Shown here: positions 23,980 to 37,060 of the stretch, one piece after another
Layout of the letters: each line of letters begins with the position of its first letter
Numbering within the stretch: position 1 is the stretch's first letter
Assembly: GCF_029227915.1 (NCBI RefSeq)
Contig: NC_079887.1
Coordinates: forward strand, 16,096,214 to 16,160,213
Length of the DNA: 64,000 bases
Reading direction: 5' to 3'
Source of the DNA: Hydractinia symbiolongicarpus
Lineage: Eukaryota
Notes under the pieces: model-generated
What the model was told of the DNA's origin: nothing
Database searches by the model: none
What the model saw: only the letters and a program-made list of their open reading frames with translations
Position numbers and translations under genes: made by a program

Positions 23980-26900
23980 CGTATTATCGTTTCGTGGTGT
24001 TGCTGTTTAACTGCATGCTAACATTTGGTTCATATTTCTGTTTTGACATGCCCAGGTAATGTGTTTGACTACCATCAATAAGTAATACTGATGATGGCTA
24101 AACACTTCATATTTTTCTTTTTAGTGTATTGCAAGATACCTTCACAGGAGTAAGTTCTAATTTTCTTCCCTTTTTTTAAATTCTTCTATTATTGTTTCCA
24201 GAAAATAGTTACATCTGATTACCATATTTACTGGTAATCCTGCCTTGAGGAATTACTATACATATATCTTCATTGAGTTTATACATTACCTAATTTCTCT
24301 AATATTCCGACGACAAAGCTGTGTGAGTAGGGTATCAAGGATATAACAAATATATATAAAAGTTGTGGAAATTGCATTTTTTATTGTATAATAGAACGGA
24401 TTTTTGCTTCACTTTTGTTTTTATGGTTTTTACAGTTTTTTAAAACTTGCAGAGTTCTTTGAATTGAAAATAATACTAATCTGGCATTCATGTCTTGGAA
24501 AAATAAGCCTCTCTTCTATTCAGGCCTCTTTAGTAAACCAGCCTTTATTTCTAAGGTTGAAACACTAATCCTGCAGCAGGGATAAGTAATACAGTAATTT
24601 AAAACCTGAAAATTCAGTACAACACATGTAGGAGTATGCTTACACTAAGGAAAAGTTTCTGGTTTCTCTTCTAAATATAAGATATCTGCTAAAATTATCC
24701 TCATTTTATATATTTATTTATAAAATCACTTAACCTTCAAAATAATCCCTAGTTTTTAGAAATACCCTATTTTAGATCAAAAAAAAAATTTTCTCTCCAA
24801 AATATAAGCTGCAATTGATGACTAGAGAAAACACCTAGATGGTTTAGTACTTTACTTTATGCTGAGAAACTTTCGTGAGAGAAACTTTGGCGAATTTTGC
24901 GTTTTTTGGCCTTTTTCACAAAACTTTGTCTCACAAAACTGTCAAAAATGGCCATTCGCGAAAGTTTATTTAGTACAAACTTTCTAAATTGTTGATTCGC
25001 GAAAATTTATCCACTAAAATTTAAAAGAAATTTGCTGGTTTTAAAAGTTATACTTCTTGACTCGCCATTTGGAACGGATTTTGGGACCTAGCTTTGGGAA
25101 AATTTCCCAAATTTGTCCTAGGTGATCCCTAGTTACCCATGCGGTGAAAAATCATTGATGCCATAACATCAGAAAATTTAACATATCAGACATACCTTTT
25201 TCGGCAACATTAAAGGAAAATTAAGATATCAACTTTGCCTGTTAAAGAAACACAGACACACTCTCTGTATTATTATATAGATAATATCTTTGTTTATTCT
25301 ACATTAACAGAAGAAATTGAAAATATAGAGAAGCCAAATTTATATATGTATGTTATATATCTCCTTAATTATATGCACGCTAACCTAAGTTTGAATTCTT
25401 TTTAGACATTTGGTTACAATTGCACTACTGATAACTCTACAAATGTAAGAACTTGTGAGGAACATCTTGGTTTAAGTGAAACCCAATATGGACTGCTTTA
25501 CAGTGTTTATGCATGGATGTAAGTACCAAAGTAACAACAGCAGTAAATGTTAGATGTAAATCTATGACACTACTTCTCTGTCAGTCTGTCATTGTAGCAT
25601 GTGTGGTTACACTTATGCGTCCACACACGCAATCACACAACCAATATCACACATGCAAAAGTTTATTTTTTGAAGACAGACTAATTGGAGAATTTAAATC
25701 GCACACCTGGACACTATAAAAACAATTTGAGTGTGCAATTTGCTACACACCAAGACTTTTTTCATTGACAAGATGATTGTGTGTCTGTTTGTAACAGCAA
25801 AGTAGATTTTATTTTTTACAGTTTTCTTTAACAGCACCTCTAAACTATCCCCTGTAAAACTATTCTGTCATTTATAAAACCTTTGTTTGCATTTTTGATG
25901 GGCTTAACACAAGTTATGATTTTATCAGCTGAAAATGTGTTTACTATACCTTATGTAATATTTAGGGGTAGATTTAGAGGTGGTGTACTGGTGCATTTGT
26001 ATTGGTAAAAGTTTTGTTAGCAAGCCAGATCTCTCCAACCAATTCCCAACAAGTGTGGTCATGCATGCAGTTCAATGTTTTAATTAATAGGACTGGAGGG
26101 GGGAGATATGACGAATACTGTACTGTAAAAATGAAGTTTTGGTTGTCTTGAGCTAAATCTTCATGGTTGTAAGAGGTGGAAAGTTAAGTTATAACAAGTT
26201 GGCTTCATATGAAAGAGCTTGAAAAGTTGTCTATGAATCTTTTTATTTTTTTTAAAAATGGCTTTTAATAATTATGTTAATTAATGCATGACATCGTGTA
26301 TTATGAAAACTAACTGAGTTTTTTTCACCATATATTGTTTATTTGATGATGCTGAAATATAGTATAGTAACATTGAAATATAGTAATTAAAGAAATAGTC
26401 TAGGATGAAACAAAATTCATTTCCCTAAAATGCAAAACTCCTTTTTATTATAAATTTATTATAAATTGGTTTGTCAAGCAATAGGTGGAATTAAATTAAA
26501 ATTAAAATAGATGACAAAGAAGCAATAAACCTTATTTAAAGGTACTTTTGCCTATTGTTGACAATAATATTCTCAAAAGTAAAAACATGATGCACCGAAT
26601 ACTTAATATAGTTAATGAATTAGGTTATTCCATAAAGCCACTAGAATAGATGCCAATTTATGTACTTTATTTATTTTTAGGAATGCACTTGTTGTTATTG
26701 GTTCTGGTCTCCTAATTGATAAATTTGGACAGAGAGGTAGTTTTCATTTATAAATTTCACCTTAACCATTTAGCGGATTTTATTATTTTTTTTGCTATGC
26801 TGTATGGTTATGACACTTACTGAGCTTTTATATTTATCTATTAGGTAACTGTATGCCAAATATTTAGGTCCCATACCTCACAGAGCTTCAGATATTGGCT

Positions 26901-29900
26901 ATAACTCGAAACTACCCCTGAAAATCTCTATATCACCCACTGGTAGCCTTGTGGTAGAGCATTCGCTTCCTATGTGGGAGTTCTTGGGTTCAAACCCCGG
27001 CCAAGTCATGCCAGAGTTAGCGCTCAGCATAAGAATAGGATTGATCTTAAGCTAAGAAGATTCACTAATTATGCATGATGTCATGAGTATGCTCTGCAAG
27101 GGTGTTATATTTAACATTTTTTGACAAGCCATATAGAGTTAAAAAGGCTTTCTGGCCGGTCACTTTGACGTGTCACTTTGACATTTTACATAAATTTCAA
27201 TATTTAGTTACCATAATTATGCTCAATGCTAACTCATGACGTCATAATTTCGCATATTTAGCGCAACTTTTAAGAGAAGTATCTCGAAAAAGGATTTTTA
27301 GAGAACTTTCAAAGATCTTTCATATTTGCTCAACTTGATTTTTCGCAGGAGGTAACCTTTAAGTTAAAATTTTGCAAATGTGAACGTAAGATTTAAAAAA
27401 TATATTGTTGTTTGTGATTTTCTCATGCTTATTGTAAAATTTGTAATATATGCTAAATTATTAACATGTCACATCCCCCATATTATATCCCAGAGAATCA
27501 TAAACTACATTTGAAGTGAAAGTCAATGATGTAGTATTTGTGCACTTTGTAGCATGATTTAAGATTTTGCGTCAGGAATTCCTTATTTTATTTTTTTCAA
27601 ATTTTATTTTCTTCTATGTCTGCCCTTGCACTTTGCGTTTATTAATTTTTGTTTTTAGTTAGGCAATGAAATCTTGACAGAATTTTTATTTAGTTGGTGC
27701 ACTGCTTTTCTCGGCACTGTGCGTTATTGGCTCATCAATTTTTGCTGCTGGTTACTTTTTCAAGAATGGAAATGCTATGTTTCCTGTGTTCCTTTTTGGA
27801 CGTTTACTTTTCGGGTATGAGTCTGTTTCTTAATTTTATGTTCTTCATACCTTTCAAAGATAACTATTATAATTTCAATCTATTTTCTTCTTTAGTGCTG
27901 GCAACGGATCACTTACTAGTACGTTTACTTTATTTTTAAGTTTAGCTCTGTTTACACTTCGTGTTGAATTTCCGAAAGCAACGAAGTTTTATTTTTTACT
28001 AAAATTACGGTTTTTTTTTACCAACTTGGTAAAGCTTCTTTAAAATTTTAGAAACTTATTGTATGTCTGAAGGTAAGAATTCAAAAATAATCAGGAAAAA
28101 TATTCAACCAGAAAATAATTAACAGCCAATGTTTTTGTTAATGTTTACCGCCTACACTATGTGAACCTTTATGTGTGTTTTTTTTGTGTTCGCTAAATAA
28201 TTTTGTATTCTAGTTGCACAAAATAGAATATCGGCATTTTGGTTTGATGGCAAGGAACTAGCATTTGCATTTGGTTTAACACTAGCATTTTCTCGCTTAG
28301 TAAGTCATTATATATACCCCCTACATTGTTTTAATGGTAACATTTTACTGATAAATACTTAATTGTAAAATATGAGTTCCAGTAATTTAATAATAACACT
28401 TGTTTTTTTTTTTACCGTAAAAGTATTTATGTTCGTGAATTTGCAAAAGTTTGCTATTTTTTGATGTGATTCACAAAAATTTGACAAATGTATCATGGTC
28501 AGCCATTCACGACAATTGTGAAAATTTAATATTGTCTGTATACAGTGGTTATGTATTGGAGTATAAAAAAGGGGGGTTATAGTTAGGTTGATTTTTTTTT
28601 CAAAGAGATGGGATGAAAAGAGATCACAGAGAAATAACAGTGAGAGGTCTGTTCTTTTTAATGATTTGCAAACATAAAAATAATTTCTGCAAAAAAAAAA
28701 AATTGTAAACACCTGATTTGCAATAATTTCTTTTCGGGAAACAGAGAATAAAATCTAAAACAAAAAGATTTCAAAAAATGTCTTCTTACAAAATTACTTT
28801 TCTTCAAGTAACAAGTAATGATTTTATAAATATAATGACTTTTTTCATTTACAATTCTTTTATTAAATTATTGTTTTAGGGTAGCATATTAAACTTCTTG
28901 CTTACTGAAAATTTTGTAGCCAAATATGGTTTAAAATGGACATTATGGGGAGGTAAGAGTCATAGGATAGTTAGTCTAATATTTTTTTTACCAATGCTTT
29001 AGTATTTTTGTCCATAATATACTAAATAACACGAGTGTTTTAATTATTTGTGATTTCTTGTTAGGTGCTTTGTTGTGTGCCCTTGGATTCCTATCCGCTA
29101 TTTTGCTGTATTACTTGGATAAAAATGGAACCAAACAGTTAAACAAGGTATATAAGAGATAGTTGTGTGTACTAAAGATCTAAATATTAGTGTGAATAAA
29201 ATATGCATTTTGGATATGCTTGCAAAACTTACGCATTTTCTTACATTTCTTACATGATTTCTTATGAATGGTAGAGAAAATAAACAAATTTTATAAACAA
29301 CTTATTTCATTAAGTTCTTTACTTGCAACAATGTCTGAGATCAGAATTTTTGCACAATGTAGTGATATACAGTTTTTTAGACATCTAAGTTTTTAGCATC
29401 CATTTCAGTTTTTTAGCATCTAAGAAACTGTTTACATTAGACCAATGTGAAATTCAGGCGCTATGAAATTCCACACCATGGTGAAATAGCAACTGTCTGC
29501 ATGATATTTTACTTTGGGTTAATTTTAATTTCAAGGGTGGCATGTAAATGACCACATCTTTTGTGTCTGTGACCTTAAAACATGTACGCTGATTGAAAGC
29601 CGCATTTCACTCTGGGGTATTTACATAGAAAATTTGCACTGTTTTTTTTAATTTTACTCCTTCCAATTTGACTGAAGTAAATACTACCCATAGAGAGTTT
29701 CACTTTGCCGAAAGTAATAAAAACACATGTATACTTCTGAACCCATGTGCTATAAATACAACAACTTTTTGAAGCTAAATAATCTGCAACTTGTACTTAT
29801 TGTGTTGCTGTAGGAAGAAGACATGAAGCAAGCTTCTAAAAAAATGGTTAGTGCTTTTAGTATCGTTGTATCACCTCATTTTTTTATCGCCTTAGTTTTT

Positions 29901-32900
29901 TATCACCTTGGCAACACATACAATTTAAGCGTATTTTTTGTCTTTTTTTTTAGAGGTTGGGTGATATCAAATACTTGAAGTTGCAATTTTGGTTACTAGT
30001 TATCATCACCATGTTTTTCTACAACACCGTTTTCACGTTCATGGCCAACGCAAAGTAAGATGTCTGAAAAGTTATTTTGGTTTGCTAAAAAGTCTCTTTA
30101 CTGATCTTTTCAGATTTTTAGAAATTTGAGTAAAAAAATAAAAAGTTCTGGCCTGCATTACGTACACTGATTGGTGTCTGGGAATTACTTTACAAACCAA
30201 CGAGAAGCAGTTTGTCCTAAACTATGTGTAATACAACCGCACATTTGAAATGTTTTTAATATTTGGATTAAGTAAAAGACACTGCGTGACAAAGATGTAC
30301 TCCTGGATAAAAACTGTGTGATAGTTGTACTCCTGAATAAACACTGTGGGGGGAAGATGTACTCCCGGATCTGTGTAATAAGATGTGCTCCTGGTAAACA
30401 CTATGTGATAAGTTGTACTTGTGGATAAACACTGTGTGATCAAATGTGCTCCTGGATAAACACTGTGATCAGATGTACTCCGGGGCAGTCCCTGCGTGAA
30501 AAAATGCATTTCTGGATATATGTTACGAAGTTTTATTATTTCTTTTTTGATCCTCTTTTTAGGAAGTTTATTGAGCAAAATTATGGTTACGATCAAGACA
30601 GCAAAACACCGGCGTACATAGCCGGTAGCGTATACGACGTCTCTCTTTTTTTCACGCCTATCTTTGGAATACTAGTGGTAAGTTTGCTTTTTAGTGTAAA
30701 TTATTTGACTGAAATAACTAGAGTGAAAAATGATTGATGTTAAGCTCAAATGATATTTTTAACGTTTGAATCAAGTTTAAGCTTTCACAATCTATTTTTT
30801 AAACATTTTAAGGGTTTTAATAGCAAAAGTATGTTTCCATGCTGAATGTTGTACACATTGTATTCCCAAATTTCAAAAGATGAAAGAATCATCCTAATAA
30901 AAATGAAAATTTGAATTTAAAAACAGAAGTTGTTGTATGTGATCATCTTAGTAGCTATGGCAATAAAATTATTTTTACCTAAGAATTACTTTTAAAGCTA
31001 TTGCATATTTCTGATAACAGGGAAGGACATTTACTGTCTAAGGCCCTGTCATGTCATATAAATAATCTAAATGATTTTGCACAAAGCTTTAACGAGCAAA
31101 GAGGGAGATCAAATAGCAACCAAGTTTCTTATGAGAGCAAACATTGCAAACCAAAAGTTTTCAATTAACCTCAAATGATTGATAACACTTAAAAAACATA
31201 AAAATTAGAAGCTGAAGATAATATTTAATAAATGGATTCCTCTTCTATGTCTGTAGGATTACATGGGATACAGAGGTGTTGTGGCTACAATATGCGCATC
31301 TTTGAGTATCCCCGTGTTCGCCTTTCTCGCCTTCACACATTACACGCCGCTGATTGGTACAATACTGCTTGGTGCGACCTATTCAGCTGCAGCTGTAAGT
31401 AAATATTGTCTCCGACATGTTGGTATTGATTTGCTTACTTTGTGTGTTATCGAGTCAGGACAGATTATTCTGAGGGAACGTTTTTTTATGCCAGAATAAC
31501 GAAATAATTTCGCGTGTAGGTGATTATAAGTGTAGTCGTATAAAAATGGTCGTATGGAAATGCGAGACAAACATAATTATTGATACTTTGAAATAAATGA
31601 CTTGGCAATGCTTCCCAATCAATTTCGCAAGTAATAATCTTCGCAAATTTAACAAAAACTCGCGAAATTCGGGAAAATTAATTCCAACGACTCACGAAGT
31701 TGCTTCTTTGTCGTCATCGTTATGTATTTTTTTTTTTTTTTGGTGGGGGGGGTGGACGAGCAATATAAATTTTATATATGCCCCTCCGGGATATCGCTCT
31801 ATCAATATTTTAAATATACGCTGAACGAATTTCTAATTTAAAAAAACACTAAATGGAACACTACGTACGGTCTTCACTGTAGTCGTTTCTCCTGAGCAGT
31901 ATTAGTACATGTATATGTTTTTTAATCCAAATTTTAGAACATGCTCAGGTTTGGGTAACAAACTTTCATATTTAGGCTTGCAATATGTTTAGTGGTTACT
32001 TAACAAATATACTTTTCAGAATGTATTTTTATCCAAGAAAATTGTTTTGCTTATCTAGCCGTCAATTTTTTGTTAACTTTCACAGTAACGTTACTCTCGC
32101 CTTTTTTCGTCGCCAATGTTGATAGTTTGCCGAACAAGATTTCCCAGTCCAACGGTCTTGACGATGCAGCGATCGTAGAGTCACTTTGACTATAACAATG
32201 TCGATAACTATCTTTTTAAAAAAATGAAAAAAATTATGTAGTTTATGTTCACGCTGTTTTTTGTCACCATCTTTCCTTAGCATTACTGTTGAGCCTAGGT
32301 AAAGTTTTCAAAACTAACTCTTAATTTTGTTATAACGCAATTTAAATAATGTCGGCGTGAATTATGATAGGAAGATACAGACCAAATGCAAATCAACCAA
32401 AACCTTAAAGACTTCACTCTTTTTTCGTTTTTTACAGTGCAGTTTATGGCCTTCTGCTCCGCTAGTGGTCAATCCTGGCGTTTTGGGGACAGCTTTGGGA
32501 TTGATGACGTCCGTACAAATGATAGGCATCGGATGTTGTACACTTATTGTTGGGGCTATACTGGATCATACAAAGTAAGTTTGCTATTGTTTTCTTGAAG
32601 TAGGAAAATGTTAAATGTAAATATGAAAGAGAAGAATGCAAGAGTGTCAGTCTGTAAGAAAATCAACTCCATACATCAAGTGAATGTTTTAATTAAAAAA
32701 AAAACAGTTATTTTCTTGAGGAATTAATCGCATCAAATTTTTTGCCAGAAATAATTTTGTAAGTAATAAAGTGACCCACTTGCTAAAATTAATTGTTTTA
32801 CATGGTATTGGTGGTAAATATCGAGTTTGCGAAAAATAAGAATTTTTCTCTCATTTTCGCACCCACTCAAACAGTAAGTCGTGTGGAATCAAGGGTTTGA

Positions 32901-33816
32901 TCCTTCTTAACATTAAAAGATACGATGTTTTGTTCTTAAAAAAACTGAGTTTATTTTAAACTTGCATGTAGGTCTCTGTCTTTGTTTGTTTGTATTTCTT
33001 TACTATTTTAAGTGCTTTGACTAAAAGGTCTCAGTAATATGTTAATGGTGAATAAAAAGGATGGGGTGGTAACTGACAGGTTTGTGGGTGTTAGGTGATT
33101 GGTAGGTAGAAGTGTGGGTGATTGGTAGGTAGAAGGGCGGGTGATTGGTAGGTAGAAGGGTGGGTGATTGGTAGGTAGAAGGGTGGGTGATTGGTAGGTA
33201 GAAGGGTGGGTGATTGGTAGGTAGAAGGGTGGGTGATTGGTATAATTGGTGAACCTACTGATAGCGTTTGTTCTTTTCCAATTGGGAAGTGAAAAGTAGT
33301 ATAACATATGTTGTTGTGATGTTGTTTTTATTTTTTTATTATTCTCTTTTTTAGTGACAATTGGAAATATGTGATGTTGTTTTTATTTGCTAATGCTGTA
33401 GCATGCGTATTATTTTCGATTTTGTTGAACATTGTTGATTGGAAAAGGGTATGTTTCATTATCTGATTACTATTTTTATGATCAGCACATGGGCTACAGT
33501 GTGGGGCTATTGCCTAACTTCACGCCTTCGAGCGGAGATGTGTCTTTCAAGTATAAATGAGGCATGACAGGTGGAGATGGCGCTGTCTGTTGGACGGTTG
33601 GTCCAATCGGTCGGTCTGTTTGCTTGTTTCTTCGTTTTTTCGTTTGTTTGTATGCTCGTTCGTCCTTCCGAACATCGGTTCATTTGTTTGATCATTCTGT
33701 TGTAGGGTGGTGTGTTGAACAAAACACGTAAAAGGGCGAAAAAACATCGACCAGTAACAGAAGAAATTCCAGATACAGACGCGTTGATTAGTGACGAAAA
33801 TAGCGTTAACACTTAA
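23980..33816 (+). CDS. MFSD1: MFSD1-like major facilitator superfamily transporter, 16 coding exons resolved
   Basis: Exons, all with GT-AG boundaries and consistent phase: 23980-24055, 24125-24149, 25406-25518, 26681-26736, 27694-27814, 27896-27918, 28214-28299, 28880-28952, 29065-29147, 29814-29846, 29954-30054, 30563-30677, 31257-31394, 32438-32574, 33355-33448 and 33706-33816 (stop TAA at 33814-33816). The conceptual protein is ...YYRFVVLLFNCMLTFGSYFCFDMPSVLQDTFTGTFGYNCTTDNSTNVRTCEEHLGLSETQYGLLYSVYAWMNALVVIGSGLLIDKFGQRVGALLFSALCVIGSSIFAAGYFFKNGNAMFPVFLFGRLLFGAGNGSLTIAQNRISAFWFDGKELAFAFGLTLAFSRLGSILNFLLTENFVAKYGLKWTLWGGALLCALGFLSAILLYYLDKNGTKQLNKEEDMKQASKKMRLGDIKYLKLQFWLLVIITMFFYNTVFTFMANAKKFIEQNYGYDQDSKTPAYIAGSVYDVSLFFTPIFGILVDYMGYRGVVATICASLSIPVFAFLAFTHYTPLIGTILLGATYSAAACSLWPSAPLVVNPGVLGTALGLMTSVQMIGIGCCTLIVGAILDHTKNDNWKYVMLFLFANAVACVLFSILLNIVDWKRGGVLNKTRKRAKKHRPVTEEIPDTDALISDENSVNT. 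It is collinear with vertebrate MFSD1 at blocks such as GSYFCYD, LYAWYSWPNVVL, VAQN...WFKGKEL, ALWP and NRAQGGNLN. The first coding exon, which contributes 1 nt of the first codon, was not found. A speculative candidate is 23600-23618 (ATGATGCCTTGTGCCAAAG|gttaaa). Confidence 0.85.
26930..27060 (+). other. tRNA-derived SINE-like sequence (copy 1), in an MFSD1-like intron
   Basis: The sequence is agccttgtggtagagcattcgcttcctatgtgggagttcttgggttcaaaccccggccaagtcatgccagagttagcgctcagcataag. It has a D-arm/A-box-like GTGGTAGAGCA and a B-box-like GGTTCAAACCCC, but it does not fold as a canonical tRNA. Its tail resembles the copy at 36960-37060. Confidence 0.4.
33095..33245. repeat. 24-bp minisatellite, ~6 units (tgattggtaggtagaagggtgggt)
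   Basis: These are near-perfect tandem copies inside an MFSD1-like intron. They create the artefact minus-strand ORF 33008-33307. Confidence 0.9.
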
Positions 33817-35293
33817 AATTTTTGGGATTTTAGTGTTTTGTAAATAATTTTAGGAGAGCAACTTTTTATAGTGTGATAGACAATTTTTGTGCAGTGTTCA
33901 CAAATTTCAATTAAAAACAGGTGTTCGTATGCTAAAAGAACACACCACTTGGGTACAATTATTTTCGACACTTTTCGTTACTGATAGCACACAAAAATTG
34001 GTACGTTCGAGCTAAGAGGATATGTTTGAGGTATGCTATATGGATAGGAATCCTTTTTTCTGTCCTTATGTATGTATCTAAATAGCATCCTCTCACCAGG
34101 GTTTAATACCTGATGCCAAAGCCGCCAGCCTTTGATGACAGAAAGCATAAAACCCTGGGGAAGAGGTTGTGTTAAGATAAAATTTGCTACTACGACGCTT
34201 ACCACCCAAGAGCTCTGGGGACGAGAATGACTTCTTACCAATGGTTTTATTAATATTTTTTTACACAAAATTGTAGTTTTAATATAATGTAAACAAATAT
34301 AACTGACAGAGTTTTTTAATCTGCTTTTTTTTATATACTCCCTGCCTCAAACCCAGGCTTCAATGCGATTTTTAAAAATACCGTGTATTTTAAGTAATCC
34401 AGAAATTTAATTCGGTTTGGTTGCATTAAATTCGATGCATCGTACTCGCTCTCCACCGTAAATTGGCTCCTCTTCCATGAAAGCGATCTCGAATGATGCA
34501 ATCCAAATTCGTCTTTAATGATAATTACACAAAATTCGCTACAATGAATTATTATTGTTTTTCTTCACATCTACCTATTCGTAACATTCATGGAAAGTCC
34601 TAGATAGATGTCAACTTATATCTTGTCTTAAAATTAGTCAACTTCTCATTGATCTAAACGAATTTTTTTTTATCAATTCAAAACAATTCTCATTTTATAT
34701 TCGGATTTCGCCATTCACAACCTCGTCGCCGGAGCTCTTGCCGTCCGAGAGTCTGAGAAAGAGCTCTGGAAATGAGATTGCGCCGTTTAGTTATGTTTAG
34801 GTTTCAGTGTCGTCCGTCTTTTTTTAATCTGTTGATGGTACTTTAAGAAATCGCTTATCCCTCCAAAAATTCCCGTCACCTCTCAAAATTTTTGTCTATT
34901 ATTGCCGTTTTATTATTATTCAATTAAGAAAAAAATCACTTTTTAAAGAAATTTCGTCAGGCTTAATTTTTTGTTAGTACAAATTTTTGTCACTGGAGGC
35001 CCAACATCGTTTGCGCTTATAAAGTACTTTTCTCATACACATCTTCTAACCGTCTAATGTTTGAATGATTGATTTGCAGTCAAACATTAATAATAGCTTT
35101 TATACGATAGCTCTGAAGGATCAGATGCTACGTGCATTTATTTTTTTGCAACGCGCATTTATTTTTTGCAACGCGCATTATTTTTTTGCTACCCGCATTT
35201 TACACGTAAAATATTTTTTGTTATAAAAATACAAAATAACTTATCAACATACAACGTTTTCTATCTTGGGAGAAACAATATATTTATGTCATT

Positions 35294-36070
35294 TTGCCAT
35301 GCTGCAATGTTAAGATGACGGATATACACGAAGCAGTTCATAGATATTTTGAAGATGGTCTGACATACACTGAAATCTTGGAGTTCCTTCAAGTTCGTCA
35401 CAATTGTGACATAAGCGCTTCCACCTTAAAAAGATGGTTCCGCAAGAAAGGTATGAGAAGACGTCCTTTGCATGATATGAAGTGCTAGGAAGGATGTAGT
35501 GAAAGCTGTTGCAGATGAATTGAGTGGTTGTGGATCGAGCATAGGTTATAGAAGGATTCATAAATCATTACCATCGAAGGGATGCTTTTGTAGGCGAGAA
35601 GACGTAAGACAAATTATAAAACATTTAGATCCAGATGGAGTTGGACTAAGAAGAAGGCGTAGATTACACCGTCGAAAATATATGTTGCAAATAGCCCGAA
35701 CTTGTATGGCACATAGATCGACGACAAACCGAAGCCGTTTGGTTTCAGCATCATGGGTGTATTGATGGCTTTTCCAGAAAGTTGATATGGTAGCAACAAG
35801 AAACAAAGTGCCAGAAGTGGTTTCTAAGTTCTCTCTTGATGCTATTCGTGTATGCTGAGAAACACCGCTGCAAATCAAGGCTGGCGATGACACAGAGCAC
35901 GCTCAAACCTATCCACTTGTATTTGTCCTCATTAAACGGAGATTCAGACGATAATAATTTCAGTACAATAACATCTACACGAGTCATTTTGACCGACACT
36001 CCAAAGGGATCGTATAGGTTGGTGACATCCTCCCTGATTACTCAGTTGAATTTTCGCAGTTCGCCCTGAC
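35294..36070 (+). pseudogene. Frameshifted transposon-derived gene fragment: N-terminal HTH region plus the start of an rve-like integrase core
   Basis: ORF 35294-35488 reads MTDIHEAVHRYFEDGLTYTEILEFLQVRHNCDISASTLKRWFRKKGMRRRP. ORF 35499-35765 reads ...SIGYRRIHKSL...REDVRQIIKHLDPDGVGLRRRRRLHRRKY. In a shifted frame the sequence continues PELVWHIDRRQTEAVWFQHHGCIDGFSRKLIW. This is the N-terminal region of a widespread eukaryotic DDE/rve-type integrase family. The core is decayed and then interrupted by the (GTAGTG)n microsatellite. Imperfect inverted repeats (gcaacgcgcatt at 35110-35200; a(a/t)gcgcattgca at 36580-36700) flank it. Confidence 0.55.
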
Positions 36071-36227
36071 ACTGGCAAGAGATAGCAACAGGAATACAGC
36101 AAGCAATGTGTGGGAGGCTTTACACCTGTACTTATTTCTCGTGGAAAAGATCGAAGAATATAAATAAAATAAATATATATAAAGTTTTATATTTTAAAAA
36201 AATACATAATAAAATCATAACATGTAT

Positions 36228-36355
36228 CTAGTAGTAGTAGTGGTAGTGGTAGTGGTAGTGGTAGTGGTAGTGGTAGTGGTAGTGGTAGTGGTAGTGGTAG
36301 TGGTAGTGGTAGTGGTAGTGGTAGTAGTAGTAGTAGTAGTACAGCACCGCTACTT
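36228..36355. repeat. (GTAGTG)n / (GTA)n compound microsatellite
   Basis: It begins tagtagtagtagtggtagtggtagtgg and continues for ~20 hexamer units followed by a (gta)n run. It creates the poly-V ORF 36222-36470. Confidence 0.95.
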
Positions 36356-36959
36356 GGGTTGGAATTACCTTCGACACATGTATCTCTATCTCTGTTATAT
36401 CGCTCTATTTCTTCTCGAATGGTTTTTTATCCATCTTGCCTTGTCAAGCAAGAACAAAGAGAGAGCCTAACACACACTACTGCCTCGCTTTCTCTGTTCG
36501 TTAGTTTTGTTTTGATTAACTTAAAAATAGTGGCTATGTGGCGGGCTTATAAAAGATATTTTTTTTTTAAAAAAAAGGGCGTTGCATTTTTTTAAAAAGA
36601 GTGCCTCACATTAATACAAGCGCGCAACATTTAAATAAAAAAGCGCATTGCATTTTTAAGCCGTGAAACATTTTAAAAAACCTCGTAACGTTTTTAAAAA
36701 AGCGCGTAGCAGATAAATAAGCGCAATACAGTGACCCTTGGGGTCCATCACACTTCTAAAAGTTCAAAATGTTTTTTTTCATTTTTTATTCATACAGGAG
36801 CATATCTTTTCCCTCCAAAATAAAATACGTGTCAAAGTGACAGTGTATGTATATAGTGATAACTGAAGAAAAAAATGTTTTCTTCGTAAACAATAGTTAT
36901 CCTTGCATAGATGAATGTTTATCATGACACTTCCGTGTTTTTCGCAACTATTTGAGTTT

Positions 36960-37060
36960 ATTACTGACATATTGCCGCACGTAGTGTAGTGGGTTCGTCT
37001 GCGGCTCCAAGTTCTGGGGACCGCAAATCGAATCCCGCTCGCTGCCAGATAGTATGTTAG
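36960..37060 (+). other. tRNA-derived SINE-like sequence (copy 2)
   Basis: The sequence is cgtagtgtagtgggttcgtctgcggctccaagttctggggaccgcaaatcgaatcccgctcgctgccagatagtatgttagtgataagcatag. It has an A-box-like GTAGTGTAGTGG and a T-loop-like AATCGAATCCC and ends in CTGCCA. The tail gccaga.agt.tgttagtg.taagcata is shared with the copy at 26930-27060. Confidence 0.35.

Noticed and set aside
33008-33307. 99-aa minus-strand ORF with a repeated PTNHPPFYLPIT motif
   Set aside because: It is an artefact of a 24-bp minisatellite inside an MFSD1-like intron.
35310-35999. Several minus-strand ORFs (83, 111, 61 and 82 aa) antisense to the integrase-like fragment
   Set aside because: They are overlapping antisense frames with no motifs. 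The plus-strand reading has clear HTH and integrase homology.
36222-36470. 82-aa ORF with a poly-V run
   Set aside because: It is a translation of the (GTAGTG)n microsatellite.
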